NCBI GenBank assembly: GCA_965220415.1
Contig: OZ244829.1
Location: 2,283,337-2,347,336, forward strand
Direction: 5' to 3'
Origin: Candidatus Poribacteria bacterium
Lineage (GTDB): Bacteria > Poribacteria > WGA-4E > JAJDTR01
Length of the DNA stretch: 64,000 nt
A model generated the notes under the pieces. The model was not told the origin of the DNA, ran no database searches, and saw nothing but the letters and a program-made list of their open reading frames with translations. This document shows, in pieces, positions 1 through 10,144 of the stretch; positions within the stretch are counted from its first letter, which is position 1; each line of letters begins with the position of its first letter. Made by a program: the position numbers and the translations under genes.

Positions 1-122
1 ATTTGGCAATCCACTGTAAGCGGTAATTAACGCGATTCAACTAGCATTCTTGCGATTTAAAACGCCTGCTGCGATTGACGGGGGCATAGTCGCCAAAGTA
101 TTGTGCTTCTTGCAAAATCGAG

Positions 123-1136
123 CTAATACCCTTCCCTTGGAATGCCTGCGTCGGGCACAGGGGATGACCGCGGATCGAAGATTTCCTCCACGCCGTAATA
201 TTGGATGCCGTCTCTTCCCGTTCCGCGCTCGACTACGTCTACCCCAGCCTCGTTGTTGCCGCGAAGAAAATTGTCGCGTAGCCGACCACCTTCGTACACA
301 GCCCACCCGCGATTCATGATGATGTTGTTTGCGATAATCTCCGGAGAGGCAGTGGAGTAACACAGGATCGCGTCTCGGTAATTGGCGATAATCTCGTTAC
401 GCTGAATCTTTGGTCTGGAATCGTCGTCGCAACTGATTCCGTACTCATTCGCCCTAATCTCGTTGTGCGCCAAATCTGGAGCGGCATTACCCAGACACCT
501 GATTGCGGTGCCGTTCGTATCAATTTGATTCCGGCTGGCAATTGGCGAGGCGTTGTCACAGATTATGGCAACTTCGTTATTGCTCAATAGGCAGTCTTCG
601 ATCTGTGCCGCATCCGACCGGCAAATGATGCCATTTATGGCGTCCCGTATGCGGCAGTAACCGAGGCGGGCATTCTGACTTGCGACATCAATGAAGATGC
701 CCGCCCAATCCCCCGGTTTCGGCTCTTCATCCGCCGTACCGAGAGAACCGAACGTGATGAAATTGTCGGGTTCCCCTTCGGCATACAGCGTGCCTTGAAC
801 AATCAACTGGTAGGGCGGATCAGCGGGCTCAAAACCAACGACCGTCCCGGATTGGATGGTTAATGTCACGCCTTCCGATATAAGAACATCTCCGGAAACC
901 AGAACTTTACCCGCCCAAACCTCGTCCGTTATCAATTCGCCCGATTTGACAAGCGGATTCGCGCTCGTGCCAATATCCGCAATATTGAGAGTGGTTGTTT
1001 GACAACCAAGCCCGAGAGCAAGGAGTGGAATTAAGAGGAATACAGCATTACTCAGAGTTTTCACGTTATGAATTGCGGCGACCGGTGCGTTGTTCCCGGC
1101 GCCGATGATATTCGCTTCACATTGATGCTTCGACAT
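123..1136 (-). CDS. Right-handed beta-helix repeat (NosD/pectin-lyase-like) putative lipoprotein
   Basis: Repeated IxCxxxAxPxIxxNxIxxN motifs; hydrophobic stretch ending LGLGC (lipobox-like); true start may lie downstream of the ORF start. Confidence 0.7.
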   Translation of the reverse strand: MSKHQCEANIIGAGNNAPVAAIHNVKTLSNAVFLLIPLLALGLGCQTTTLNIADIGTSANPLVKSGELITDEVWAGKVLVSGDVLISEGVTLTIQSGTVVGFEPADPPYQLIVQGTLYAEGEPDNFITFGSLGTADEEPKPGDWAGIFIDVASQNARLGYCRIRDAINGIICRSDAAQIEDCLLSNNEVAIICDNASPIASRNQIDTNGTAIRCLGNAAPDLAHNEIRANEYGISCDDDSRPKIQRNEIIANYRDAILCYSTASPEIIANNIIMNRGWAVYEGGRLRDNFLRGNNEAGVDVVERGTGRDGIQYYGVEEIFDPRSSPVPDAGIPREGY

Positions 1137-1203
1137 GAGTTCCTTATGTTTGGCTTATTTCTGCAATAGTCTTTCGGTTATGAATGCAGGCGCATGAAAT
1201 CTG

Positions 1204-1896
1204 TTACGACAAAATTAGATACTGTTTGACAAGATGATTAAGCGCGTCCTTGTAGACTTCAAACATAATCGATAACCTGAAAAAGACTTCGTCCAGCTCA
1301 TACTCCCGTGCGATTGTGTGCCCGGAAGCCTGTTCATAGTATTCGCGTCCGAAATCGATGTAAAATTGCGCCCCCAACGGGCGGTTTTTGTATCGCTGCC
1401 TGTATTCGATTGATCCCGGAAAAAGTCCCGTTACATAAAGGGAATAATTTCCGATATGAGAGTATATCAGGAACTGGCGGCGGGAATCGGCGTTTTGTGC
1501 CTCGGCAATCATATCGGTCAGATAGTTGACGGCCTGTTGATCGTGCTGATCGATTCGATAGAGCCGATTTGTCTGGACGAAAATGCTTAGCAGATTGGAG
1601 ATATAGTTAATCACGCGCCGGTCACCCAGGATACGGCAATCGGTAAGGCTACGCCGCAACAATACGCTGAAAAATAGGAACGGAGAAATCTGTAGTATTC
1701 GCTCGCTCGGGTCGCAAATTCTGTCGAATAGGGATTCACTCTGCAACCTTGATTCCAATGTCGCCGGGAGATCGTGAATCAACGAGGCAATCTCCTCGTA
1801 GCTGCGTCCCGGCTTGGGGAAATTCTCAACGAGGAACTGTACATCTCGGTCTGTCAAACCGTTAAAATCTGTGCGGGCAAAATCGGGGGTTGGCAT
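1204..1896 (-). CDS. Conserved hypothetical protein
   Basis: 230-aa ORF with GGAGG RBS upstream; no function recognised. Confidence 0.7.
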   Translation of the reverse strand: MPTPDFARTDFNGLTDRDVQFLVENFPKPGRSYEEIASLIHDLPATLESRLQSESLFDRICDPSERILQISPFLFFSVLLRRSLTDCRILGDRRVINYISNLLSIFVQTNRLYRIDQHDQQAVNYLTDMIAEAQNADSRRQFLIYSHIGNYSLYVTGLFPGSIEYRQRYKNRPLGAQFYIDFGREYYEQASGHTIAREYELDEVFFRLSIMFEVYKDALNHLVKQYLILS

Positions 1897-2123
1897 TGTG
1901 GGTTCCTCCTTGGATTAGATAAATCATAGCATATCGAAAAAATTCGTGTCAACGGGTTTTCCCCGTTGGACCGGGTTAATCGCGCGCAATCTCGACGCTG
2001 GTCGGAACATTGGGAAGGACGGATGGGAGAAATTGTTATAGGTATAGACATGCCGCTCCGCTGGATCGGAAGAGGAAGGTGCGTCTTTACTACAGACATT
2101 GCACTCCGATGGAGAAACATAGC

Positions 2124-2151
2124 GGTAGGGGACGCAGATCTGCGTCCCCTA
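2124..2151 (+). repeat. GTAG-type REP-like perfect palindrome
   Basis: gtaggggacgcagatctgcgtcccctac. Confidence 0.75.
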
Positions 2152-2444
2152 CGAAGAGCGAAAGGCGATCATCCGGCGGACTCGGCGTCAACACGGGCAC
2201 GAATATTCGATTTGCGCCTGCCGGGTTAGGACCATATTCCGCTTGAAGTCGTACCGGGATCGTGATAGAATGCGGTTAATTGCGCATCGCGACAACGTCT
2301 TTCCCCATCGCACTCGCCGTACGCACCAAACATGAAAATCTCGCCGGTTGATGCCGCGCATCCGCCGTTAGCTGCAACGTTCGGTCACCTACCGAGGATT
2401 ACCGTTTAACGGGGTTAGTGGTCAAGAAGGAGAGGTACAGCAGC

Positions 2445-3170
2445 ATGAAAACCGTAGGAGTCATCCCCGCACGGTACGCGTCAAGTCGATTTGAAGGCAA
2501 ACCGTTGGTGGATATCCGTGGCAAACCGATGATTCAACACGTGTATGAGCGCGCCTCGCGCGCCGAGGCGATGGACGTGACCGTAGTCGCCACCGATGAT
2601 TCGCGTATCTACGACGCCGTAAAGGGCTTTGGCGGGGACGTGATTATGACGCCGGAGTTTTCTACCGGGACGGATCGGGTTGCGTTCGTCGCGGAAAAGG
2701 TGGAGTGCGAGGTGGTTGCCAATATCCAAGGCGATGAGCCGCTGCTTGAACCGAAGATGCTCGATCAGATGATTCAACCGTTACACGAGGATCCGGAGGT
2801 GCAGGTCTGTACACTAAAGCAGCGCGTCGATAGTGAGGAGGACTATCGGGATGTCAATGTCGTGAAGGTTGTCACCGATTTGGATGGGTTCGCGCTGTAC
2901 TTCTCCAGAGCGTCCGTTCCCGGCAACCTCTCGAACGCCTGGATAGAAACAAACCCAATCTACCGGCACGTCGGATTATACGCCTATCGGAAAGAGTGCC
3001 TGCTCGCTTTCACGAAGTGGGAGCGCGCACCGTATGAGAGTTCGGAGGGATTGGAACAGTTGCGATTCATGGAACAGGGCGTGAGGATCCGCGTCGTCGA
3101 GACGGAACACCGGTTGGTCGGAGTGGATGTGCCGGCAGATTTGGAGCGTGTTCTTGCGATTATGGGGTGA
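2445..3170 (+). CDS. kdsB: 3-deoxy-manno-octulosonate cytidylyltransferase
   Basis: IPARYASSRFEGKPL, NIQGDEP and EGLEQLR motifs. Confidence 0.95.
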   Translation: MKTVGVIPARYASSRFEGKPLVDIRGKPMIQHVYERASRAEAMDVTVVATDDSRIYDAVKGFGGDVIMTPEFSTGTDRVAFVAEKVECEVVANIQGDEPLLEPKMLDQMIQPLHEDPEVQVCTLKQRVDSEEDYRDVNVVKVVTDLDGFALYFSRASVPGNLSNAWIETNPIYRHVGLYAYRKECLLAFTKWERAPYESSEGLEQLRFMEQGVRIRVVETEHRLVGVDVPADLERVLAIMG

Positions 3171-3239
3171 ATCGGATTATGTGGAAACCGTCTGAAATTT
3201 AAATAGGTTAGGTTAAACGAAGAATTGAATTTCCAAGGA

Positions 3240-3743
3240 ATCCTACAAGGCATCAATGATGCAGGCGCAACCCTTGTCGGCGGTAAAACTCGACGCGGTA
3301 ATAAACGGATGACGACGAAAAAACCGACCAAGACCAGAATTGGTCGAAGAAGACGCCGGTACTGGGATTCGCTCGACGGGGCGGAAAGCTGTTGACCAAA
3401 GCGGTATCTAACGTTACGACTGGCAAAGTGCTCAATTTTGTGCTGGACAAAATGAATCCTGATGGGTCAGCATTGATGATGGACGAAAATAACGTCTACT
3501 CGGCAGTCGAACGTTATATGAGTCACAAGACCTCCCAAACATTAGGAGCAATATGTGGACGGCGAGTTTCATACCAACACGCTGGAAGGGTTCTGGTCCC
3601 TACTCAAACGTGCTTGGTACGGACAACACCACAAGTACAAAGTCAAATTCCTGCCATTATACGTGGCCGAAGCAGTTTGGAAGTATAACAATTGGAAACG
3701 GAAAGATATTTTCGACTACTTCATTAAGAATTGCTTTACGTGA
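3240..3743 (+). pseudogene. IS1595-family (ISXO2-like) transposase remnant, frameshifted and lacking its N-terminus
   Basis: Fragments LVGGK..., KTPVLG..RGG, LMMDE..VY and HTNTLEGFWSLLKR...YVAEAVWKYN lie in different frames. Confidence 0.8.
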
Positions 3744-3872
3744 AGAGTGTATGGATAGAAAAAGGACATTCTAGCCTGAAAGTCGAAGGTCCTTATTCAG
3801 GCGCTACCTGAAAATTATAGCTATGATAGCGACTAAGGCTATCAGTGCTAACATATCCATTAAGCACCTCCT

Positions 3873-4157
3873 TTGATGCCGGACTTGGATTTACGCGGGC
3901 TCCGGCATCAAGGTGGTACTATCAAGAATGATTTTGGAGATGTCATGCTTGTTAAAATAAGCGATGAGGTGTTTATAAATGCCGACTCCATTGAGGAAAT
4001 ACAAGTTGTTCAGATACAAGGCATATGGAAGGTCATTTTGAAGAAAAAAGAAAGCACCAGTATTATCGTCTTGGCTGAATGCGAAAACAAGGATGAAACT
4101 ATACGAGAAATGAGTAATATCCAATTTAGATTGGATAAGATTAACCGTATAGCCTGA
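3873..4157 (+). CDS. Hypothetical protein in AT-rich island
   Basis: Short AT-rich ORF; likely start at MLVKIS after GGAG. Confidence 0.5.
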   Translation: MMPDLDLRGLRHQGGTIKNDFGDVMLVKISDEVFINADSIEEIQVVQIQGIWKVILKKKESTSIIVLAECENKDETIREMSNIQFRLDKINRIA

Positions 4158-4162
4158 AGGCA

Positions 4163-4822
4163 TCAGTATGGAAATGGGTTTCCAGTAACCTCAACGAAAG
4201 CATATTTGACACGCATTAGGTCATCAGTATAGTAATACTTTGAAGATTCCAAGATTTTGGTAAATTGTGGCAACTGTGAGAATGGCAGATGTCCTAATAC
4301 CACCAAATTGCCTATCATGACTTTAGCATCACGATCTGACACCATAGATTTAGCTTCGGAAAGTCTATCTGCGTAAGATGTATCATTGTCGTCGTTAGAA
4401 TTACCAATTTTGATGAGAAATGCAACAAACAAGACGCATATCGTGATTGCACCGAATATCCAAAACCCACCTAATCTAATGGATTTCTCAGATTTATCAT
4501 TCGACGCTGGCACCTTGATACGTTCCGTGGGATCAATTCCTGCTTTTTGAAGTCCGTGGCGTATAATGTACTGAGGATTAGTATCCGACGAGTATTCAAC
4601 ACCATAAAGTTTGGCGCGTCCTCGGGTATTAGATATCATATCTGCTAATTGCATGTTGTATATGGCAAGATATGAAGAACATTCTATTCGCTTAATTTCT
4701 AGCGCAGTCCAAGCCGAGGTTTTCCGCTTCAATTTGTTTTGATGCTCGATGAGTTTTACTTCTTGTTCAGCCAAACGACGTATTTCAGATTCAAGTTTTT
4801 CACGATCCGTCATCGGACACAC
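4163..4822 (-). CDS. Hypothetical membrane protein (coiled coil plus one TM helix)
   Basis: 219-aa AT-rich ORF with hydrophobic segment FWIFGAITICVLFVAFLI. Confidence 0.6.
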   Translation of the reverse strand: MCPMTDREKLESEIRRLAEQEVKLIEHQNKLKRKTSAWTALEIKRIECSSYLAIYNMQLADMISNTRGRAKLYGVEYSSDTNPQYIIRHGLQKAGIDPTERIKVPASNDKSEKSIRLGGFWIFGAITICVLFVAFLIKIGNSNDDNDTSYADRLSEAKSMVSDRDAKVMIGNLVVLGHLPFSQLPQFTKILESSKYYYTDDLMRVKYAFVEVTGNPFPY

Positions 4823-5118
4823 CTTTGTTAGTTTCCGTGTGCGTATGCACCAACCTTTCTATTTCTCTAATATTGAGAAACTGACGCAGTTACCAGACGA
4901 TCAAAATCATTTACTGGTTGCAGTTATTTTCGATAATTATTGAAAATAATATTGGGAGAGCAGATGCTAACTTTTGGGGCGAATGTTTATAGTATCGGGG
5001 ATGGCAACCGTGTGATTCCCTTGTCAAAGGTGACAACGTTAGTATACCCCACAACCCCCAAACCCGTCAACCCTATATCTTGTTGCCAAAACCCGCATCT
5101 ACTCATTGCGTTTTTCTC

Positions 5119-5147
5119 TTGCACTTCATCGGATGATGGGGTACAAT
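5119..5147 (+). promoter_or_regulatory. Sigma70-like promoter of tRNA-Ala
   Basis: TTGCAC-N17-TACAAT just upstream of the tRNA. Confidence 0.6.
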
Positions 5148-5158
5148 ATCCGCAAGGT

Positions 5159-5234
<76 letters not shown>

Positions 5235-5263
5235 TTTTTTTGCCCGCTATTTCTGATTGTCTT

Positions 5264-5740
5264 CTACTCCTTGCCGCTCTCCCGAACGCCGCCTGCCTTC
5301 GTCTTTAACTCCTCGCTCCCAGCCCGTCCCCGTCCGATTCGACGCGTTAAACCGTTGTCCAATACGCCCAAGATGGTGAGATGAAGTTGTGCGCGAATGG
5401 GCAAGGTCTCAATGAGTTCGTCTTCAGCAGACTGTATCCCCTGTTTCAGTATTAGCCGCCGCTGACGGAGTTCTTCGAGCGTTGCTCCAATTTTGTCATC
5501 GGAGGCAACCTTGTCCCGGGCTAACCGGTTCAGGATTTTCAGATCGTTGAGCGCCTGAATATGGGCTTGACGTTTGAGTTCCCAAAGCGCTTTTACTTGG
5601 GTTTTTTGGGCTTCCGTTACGCCGAGTTTGGCTAGAGTGACGTTACCTTCAGTCGCCGCATCGTCCTTCTGCGCCATCAACCCGAACACGATGGCGAACA
5701 CCGCCAGCGAACACACCACACCAACACTTAGCTTTCGCAT
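5264..5740 (-). CDS. Exported helical protein, Spy/CpxP/heavy-metal-sensor-like
   Basis: Signal peptide, LGVTEAQK motif (LTxxQ-like), helical composition. Confidence 0.55.
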   Translation of the reverse strand: MRKLSVGVVCSLAVFAIVFGLMAQKDDAATEGNVTLAKLGVTEAQKTQVKALWELKRQAHIQALNDLKILNRLARDKVASDDKIGATLEELRQRRLILKQGIQSAEDELIETLPIRAQLHLTILGVLDNGLTRRIGRGRAGSEELKTKAGGVRESGKE

Positions 5741-5846
5741 ATCTTATCCTTTTGCGACGGTAAGAGAGTTTCATGGCTTCACCGGGAGCCGTTCTCGTAC
5801 AGTCTCCACTGCAAATCAGAGTCGCGATTTAGCGGAATCTTTATCG

Positions 5847-5917
5847 ATTAACCGATCGGATGGATTAAATGATCGAATTGCGAATGCGATAGAGATTCGG
5901 GTGCGATAGGAAATCCC
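5847..5917 (+). mobile_element. Two nested, degenerate 36-nt hairpin elements
   Basis: attaa-cc-ga-tc-ggatg[attaa-at-ga-tc-gaatt-gc-ga-at-gcgatagagattc]...gcgataggaaatccc. Confidence 0.6.
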
Positions 5918-5944
5918 GATTGTTGTCCTCTCGTTCGATCGTTT

Positions 5945-7567
5945 CTAAAGCGCTCCCTCTGTTTCACCAGCCTTCGCTTTGTAGGACTCCCGGATCCAGC
6001 TCTCAAGCACTTCATCGGGATTTTCTACCACCTCTTTGGTGAAAGTGAACTCTTTCCGTCCCGTATTCTGTTTAATCAGATTGAGACCGTGCTGGCAACT
6101 CTGAAGTATCTCTTCGCAGATCTCTCCGGGGAGGCACTCGCGATCCTCCGCTTTTTTGCAGACAAGTTCAGTCGCCTCATCGTCAAAAGAGACCTGCATC
6201 TTGTGTTCGTCCTTGAACCGCGCTTCGTATTGGCGAACATGCTCGCGCATCACAATTTGGCGGTTGTAAGCGGCATCCCCCATAATTCGTTTTAATTCTC
6301 CAGCCGGATCATCAACCACCTTTTCAGCGACGACAAACTCCCTGACCGGAGTAGAGGGGAGTTCAAATTTATAGTCACGGAGCACCTTCTCGCACACGGT
6401 CATCAGTGCACGTGCTCCAGTTTTCTGAACATGCGCCTTTTCAGCGATTTGACGCAGCCCTCTGTCTGAGAACATCACATTGATTCCGTAGGCGCGGAAC
6501 GCCTGTTCATACTGACGGATGATTGAGCCTTCGGAGTGATTCAAAATATAGTGCAGGTCGTCGACCGACAGATTCTGACAGATGACGTGCACCGGTAAGC
6601 GTCCGATAAATTCGGGCTCAAAACCGTACTCGATAAAATCCTGCGGTGTCACAAACTGATGGTAATCTTCTTCCTCTGCATCGCTTTGCACCAATGCGTT
6701 AAATCCCAGTTTTCGTTGGTTCAAGCGTTTTTTGATAATATCAGCCAGGCCCGTGAACGCGCCGCTGATGATGAAAAGAATGTGGCGAGTGTTGACAATC
6801 TGTTTATCGACTTTGCCTTTCTGCTGAAACTCCATCATCGCTTGCATCTGAGAGGCGACATCGTGCCCGCTCCGAAGATCCACCTCGGTTTCTTCCATCA
6901 ACTTTAGCAGCCCGATTTGAACGCCTCGCCCGCTGACATCACGTCCGATAATATTCGGAGGAGTAGCAATCTTGTCCGCTTCGTCGAGGTAGATGATACC
7001 GTATTGTGCGAGCTCCACATCGTCATCCGCTTGAGTGACCAGATCGCGTATCATGTCGTCGACGTTTGCTCCCACATACCCGGTTTCGCTGAAACGGGTG
7101 GCATCCGCCTTGACAAACGGCACGCCGATCAGTTTTGCAATATGACGGATGAGATACGTCTTACCTACCCCGGTCGGACCAAGCATAACGATATTCTGTT
7201 TCGAATAATCGGTATCCGCAAGTTTCGGATCCTCATGGCATTCACGCACATGGTTATAGTGATCGCATACCGCGATTGCCAGTGCTTTCTTCGCCTCGTC
7301 CTGTTGAATCACATAGCGGTCGAGATACTGTTTAATCTCTCTGGGCTTCAGATCGAATTTCGGATCGAAGGTGCGCTTGGGTTCGGGCGGCTCTTCGTCT
7401 GTTGTCTCGGCCGTGGTTGGTTGGGCACCCGCCATGACGAGGCGCACGTTTCCGCCGTATTTTTGTTTGACTAAATCCTCAAACTCCTTCTGAAGTTCCT
7501 CCGGAGTCGGAATTTTCTTGTTGTTCGTTTGATTTGACATGTTTTTACTTACCTTCCGCATTATCAA
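5945..7567 (-). CDS. ClpX-like AAA+ ATPase without the N-terminal zinc finger, with a C-terminal extension
   Basis: GPTGVGKT Walker A, IIYLDEADK Walker B, RDVSGRGVQ, LGF loop, PEFIGRLP, TGARAL. Confidence 0.85.
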   Translation of the reverse strand: MIMRKVSKNMSNQTNNKKIPTPEELQKEFEDLVKQKYGGNVRLVMAGAQPTTAETTDEEPPEPKRTFDPKFDLKPREIKQYLDRYVIQQDEAKKALAIAVCDHYNHVRECHEDPKLADTDYSKQNIVMLGPTGVGKTYLIRHIAKLIGVPFVKADATRFSETGYVGANVDDMIRDLVTQADDDVELAQYGIIYLDEADKIATPPNIIGRDVSGRGVQIGLLKLMEETEVDLRSGHDVASQMQAMMEFQQKGKVDKQIVNTRHILFIISGAFTGLADIIKKRLNQRKLGFNALVQSDAEEEDYHQFVTPQDFIEYGFEPEFIGRLPVHVICQNLSVDDLHYILNHSEGSIIRQYEQAFRAYGINVMFSDRGLRQIAEKAHVQKTGARALMTVCEKVLRDYKFELPSTPVREFVVAEKVVDDPAGELKRIMGDAAYNRQIVMREHVRQYEARFKDEHKMQVSFDDEATELVCKKAEDRECLPGEICEEILQSCQHGLNLIKQNTGRKEFTFTKEVVENPDEVLESWIRESYKAKAGETEGAL

Positions 7568-7619
7568 GCGCCTAAAAGTTTAATTTCTCAGTTGGCCGTA
7601 TCCCGCATCATAATTGACA

Positions 7620-8042
7620 GCACGCCATCATCCCTGGCGGAATAATTCATTCAGCAACCAACACTTATTTTTCGCTCTATGACAGGTTTTGAAAAAGCGT
7701 TCCTTCGTAGAATGGTTTCACTCCAGATGATCAAGCGAACGAATAGTGAGTGCGATAGTAGATCCTGTGAGATGTTAATAGAACATGATTCCTCCCCGCG
7801 TCTGCACTCCAGAGGATCAACGGAGTGAATAACGACGGCGATAGTAGATCCCGTGCAATGTCAATAGAATCGTGATGCGTCCAACCTCCGCGCTCCAGCG
7901 GAGCGCAATGTGGTGTGTTACTTGGTAGCGCGCCATTATCCCTGTCGGAATAATTCTTTCCGCAAGTAACACCTACTAGTCAGAGTCCCTTTCCTCGATC
8001 CAGAGGATTAAGCGAGTGAATAGCAAGCGCGATAGAGATCTT
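7620..8042 (+). repeat. Composite intergenic repeat (CTCCAGAGGAG-type hairpins) with three 36-nt elements at 7730, 7816 and 8007
   Basis: 7929-8007 matches 30485-30563; REP-like gcactcc-aga-ggagtgc is interrupted by the element; an empty copy lies at 7890-7906. Confidence 0.8.
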
Positions 8043-8201
8043 ACAGGTGTACAACAAGTCACGGTAGAAAGATGAAAAACCGTTCATCAAATGGCAAAAA
8101 ATGGCATTGGCACCTATTATTCAAACAGGATCTAACAGAAACCGAGTTTTGAAGAAAAAACTCGATTCCAAGGAAGGCGTGCGGCTATTTAAATCGCCAA
8201 T

Positions 8202-8492
8202 CTAGCCCTTTTCGTCGACGATCGACGACTCGACTTTGTACAACTTAAGGTCATCCATTTGAATAACCACCGTCCTCAAATCAGTTTTGATTTCATCGAG
8301 ATCAGTGCGCATGGTTGAGATTGCATCACGAAGCTCGGCTAGCTCGTCTTTGCTCACGGTTTTGGACTTGGTATGGGTTTTGAACAGAGATTTTACAAGT
8401 TCCGCGGAAATCCCAAGAATCGCAACAATCACAATCGCGTCCCATATTCCCATTCTAACTCCTCCTTCTTCCGATGTCGAGATCGCAGCCAT
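8202..8492 (-). CDS. Small membrane-anchored coiled-coil protein
   Basis: N-terminal TM helix plus coiled coil; probable start at MGIWD after GGAGG. Confidence 0.6.
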   Translation of the reverse strand: MAAISTSEEGGVRMGIWDAIVIVAILGISAELVKSLFKTHTKSKTVSKDELAELRDAISTMRTDLDEIKTDLRTVVIQMDDLKLYKVESSIVDEKG

Positions 8493-8534
8493 CAGCCGAG
8501 GTTGAATACTAGGGGTCCGGCTGCCTTCAAACTA

Positions 8535-10082
8535 CTATTGGACATTTACATAGATGAATGGCGGCATTGTCAACGCCACCACATCATCTTCACCAGATAC
8601 TTCCCTCGCCATACCGAGGGCGTCATTCAAATTCCTCGCCCAATCTACGCCTAGCCGCTTGGCAACGCGGTCATCTTTGGGACCAACGAGGACAATCTTG
8701 GACAGATACTTCAAGGCGTAGGTTGCCCAATACCAAACCGTAAATGGATGAAACCCGTGATACGCGAATTTGTCCCGATAACAGTCGATCAGGAAAGGGT
8801 CGCGAGCGTATTTCTCTTGAAAATTGTTCCGCATTTCAAACGGGTCGGCGGTCTCGCTGAGCACCTCCTCGTAGAATTTCCGGTAGGGCACATGATACTC
8901 CTCGTGGAAGATCTCGAACGTCGGATTCATGATAATCACGACACCACCTTCCTTGATAAGCGGCTTGTTGTAGAACCAGTTGAAGATATAGCCGAGGATG
9001 TCGCTGACGACCAAGATGGGGTTGATGCGCGCCCCGATGGCGTACGGCGTCAGATCGGGAAGTCCGAAGACCAACGTGCTGTATTGCCGCGGCACATCAA
9101 TCATCAACTGGTCTTTCATGACCTGCAGGGTTTTCGGGTGAACACCATCAATAGAACCGACGTTGATTTCGACGGGGTCATAATCGGTGCGGATACTCTT
9201 GAAAATCTTCGACCTCAATCCCTCCGGCAGCATTGACATCGTCCCCGGAGTGCAGGCTTTTATGATACGTTCGAAAAGGTTGCATTGGTCGTTCGGCTTG
9301 CCGAGATAGCGCAAGTGCGCCGGATAGATGGCGTCATTCATGGCGGCTTCCAGCACCATAATCTTGCTGCTCCGTTCAATGACGCGGCTCATCCGCTCAA
9401 TGCTATCGTGCATATTCGAATGCTCCGGCTGCATGACGTGCGGGTTTTCCGCCGTCATGTGCGGCGAGTGGTGCGGCGCGATGGAATTGTAGGTGCCCAT
9501 TCCCACGGCAACCGACTTGTGACCGCCGTTGAGCGGAATCTGAATGGTATCCACATAGATAACCAAGTCGCTCTCCACAACGGCGCGATCCGTTTCAACG
9601 ATTTCATCGTGCTCCGTTTTTCCCAAACTGACGATATTGTCGGGGTCTTCGGCGTCGTAGTTCCTCAGTTGAGAGGGAAAAAACTCGTTCATGATGTTCT
9701 TGCCCAGCATATACGCCAACTCGGGCGTCTTCATCTTGCGGTGCAGCCCGCCCGCACACACGAGTTGGATGTTCGCCTTCTCGGCGCCGTAGGAGTAGAG
9801 CATTGATAGCAGGGGTTCAATCATGACTTGGCGAAGGTCGGGCTTTTTCGTCATTGGAAACGGTTGGCAATTGTTGTCAAAAGCAATTAGTATCTTGGTG
9901 TTTCCGTCAACGAGCTCGCGAAGCGGCGGCATTCCCAACGGATTTTCAAATGCCTCCTCCACGCGGGCGGGAATGTCGGCGCGCTTTATGCCGGCGATTG
10001 GCGGTTTCGCATAGTAAATCTGTGAGTTATCAGGCAATTCCGCGTTGATTAGGTGATTGCCAAAATAGGTCAAGTATTTCAT
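8535..10082 (-). CDS. Lactate racemase (LarA/DUF2088) domain protein
   Basis: NPLGMPPLRELV, GGLHRKM and GGHKS motifs. Confidence 0.8.
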   Translation of the reverse strand: MKYLTYFGNHLINAELPDNSQIYYAKPPIAGIKRADIPARVEEAFENPLGMPPLRELVDGNTKILIAFDNNCQPFPMTKKPDLRQVMIEPLLSMLYSYGAEKANIQLVCAGGLHRKMKTPELAYMLGKNIMNEFFPSQLRNYDAEDPDNIVSLGKTEHDEIVETDRAVVESDLVIYVDTIQIPLNGGHKSVAVGMGTYNSIAPHHSPHMTAENPHVMQPEHSNMHDSIERMSRVIERSSKIMVLEAAMNDAIYPAHLRYLGKPNDQCNLFERIIKACTPGTMSMLPEGLRSKIFKSIRTDYDPVEINVGSIDGVHPKTLQVMKDQLMIDVPRQYSTLVFGLPDLTPYAIGARINPILVVSDILGYIFNWFYNKPLIKEGGVVIIMNPTFEIFHEEYHVPYRKFYEEVLSETADPFEMRNNFQEKYARDPFLIDCYRDKFAYHGFHPFTVWYWATYALKYLSKIVLVGPKDDRVAKRLGVDWARNLNDALGMAREVSGEDDVVALTMPPFIYVNVQ

Positions 10083-10144
10083 AGGCTGTTTTCCTTCGCA
10101 CGCTTACCATATTTTGTGCACCGGAACGTTATTCCGCCCAATGC

